This document shows, piece after piece, positions 43,720-43,947 of a stretch of 43,947 bases of DNA. The position numbers and the translations under genes are program-made. The number at the start of each line of letters is the position of its first letter. Within the stretch, counting starts at the first letter, position 1. The notes beneath the pieces are model-generated. The model ran no database searches. It was not told the origin of the DNA and saw nothing but the letters and a program-made list of their open reading frames with translations. This stretch comes from a virus (taxonomy: Duplodnaviria > Caudoviricetes): IMG/VR virus record IMGVR_UViG_3300035494_000043, positions 1 through 43,947 of that record. One strand, given 5' to 3'.

Positions 43720-43947
43720 TGAAAATTCCAGGCTGACACTGATCCACAGAGTGCGTGTGTCATAGAGTTTGAAAACATGAGAGTTTGAAAACATGAGAGT
43801 TTGAAAACATGAGAGTTTGAAAACATGAGAGTTTGAAAACATGAGAATTTGAAAACATACGAAATTGAAAGTAATCCCACAGATTTAGAAAGTAAGGGAA
43901 ATTGAAATTATGTCATGTGTCTGCTAATGTCCATATACGCAAAATAA
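43720..43947. repeat. Right copy of terminal repeat, 6 x 16-bp units (last one variant AGAATTT)
   Basis: Direct comparison with 1-244. Confidence 0.95.

Noticed and set aside
43578-43880. Track ORFs 43578-43880 and 43645-43842
   Set aside because: Translations of the 16-bp tandem repeat; no RBS
1-43947. Integrated prophage with host flanks
   Set aside because: No integrase, repressor, att site or bacterial housekeeping flanks recognised; ends overlap as a circle

Overview
The window is a probably complete ~43.7 kb tailed-phage genome (siphovirus-type, AT-rich). The host is most likely a Bacillota/Clostridia bacterium, judged from sigmaA promoters, a Firmicutes LexA box and clostridial-type dUTPase and amidase. 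The ends overlap as an imperfect direct repeat (1-244 vs 43720-43947) containing a 16-bp tandem array. Almost all genes are on the minus strand. The late module (~21.2-40.2 kb) runs metallophosphoesterase, TerL, portal, scaffold, capsid, neck, tail, frameshifted tail chaperones, tape measure, Dit/Tal, fibre/beta-propeller and lysis genes. The replication/nucleotide module (~1.8-20.5 kb) carries a sigma-like factor, ERCC4 nuclease, SprT, RecT/RecE-like pair, HD protein, SSB, family-B DNA polymerase, primase-SF3 helicase, orphan MazF, DNA methylase, class II RNR, dUTPase, 3D protein and YopX. TerS sits apart from TerL. I see no integrase or repressor. Most notable: (1) a plus-strand transcription unit (41.05-41.92 kb, own promoter and terminator) with a structured leader, an antitoxin-like mini-ORF, a long G-U-rich rod hairpin and two tRNA-shaped elements lacking a normal anticodon arm; (2) a 198-aa LAGLIDADG-like domain inserted in-frame in dUTPase with no intein or intron signature; (3) two homologous iteron/ori-like regions and two TTTGAAA-motif arrays at roughly opposite points of the circle; (4) simple-repeat frameshifts in sprT and a DUF1642-like gene. 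All product calls come from recognising motifs by eye; no searches or folding programs were run.
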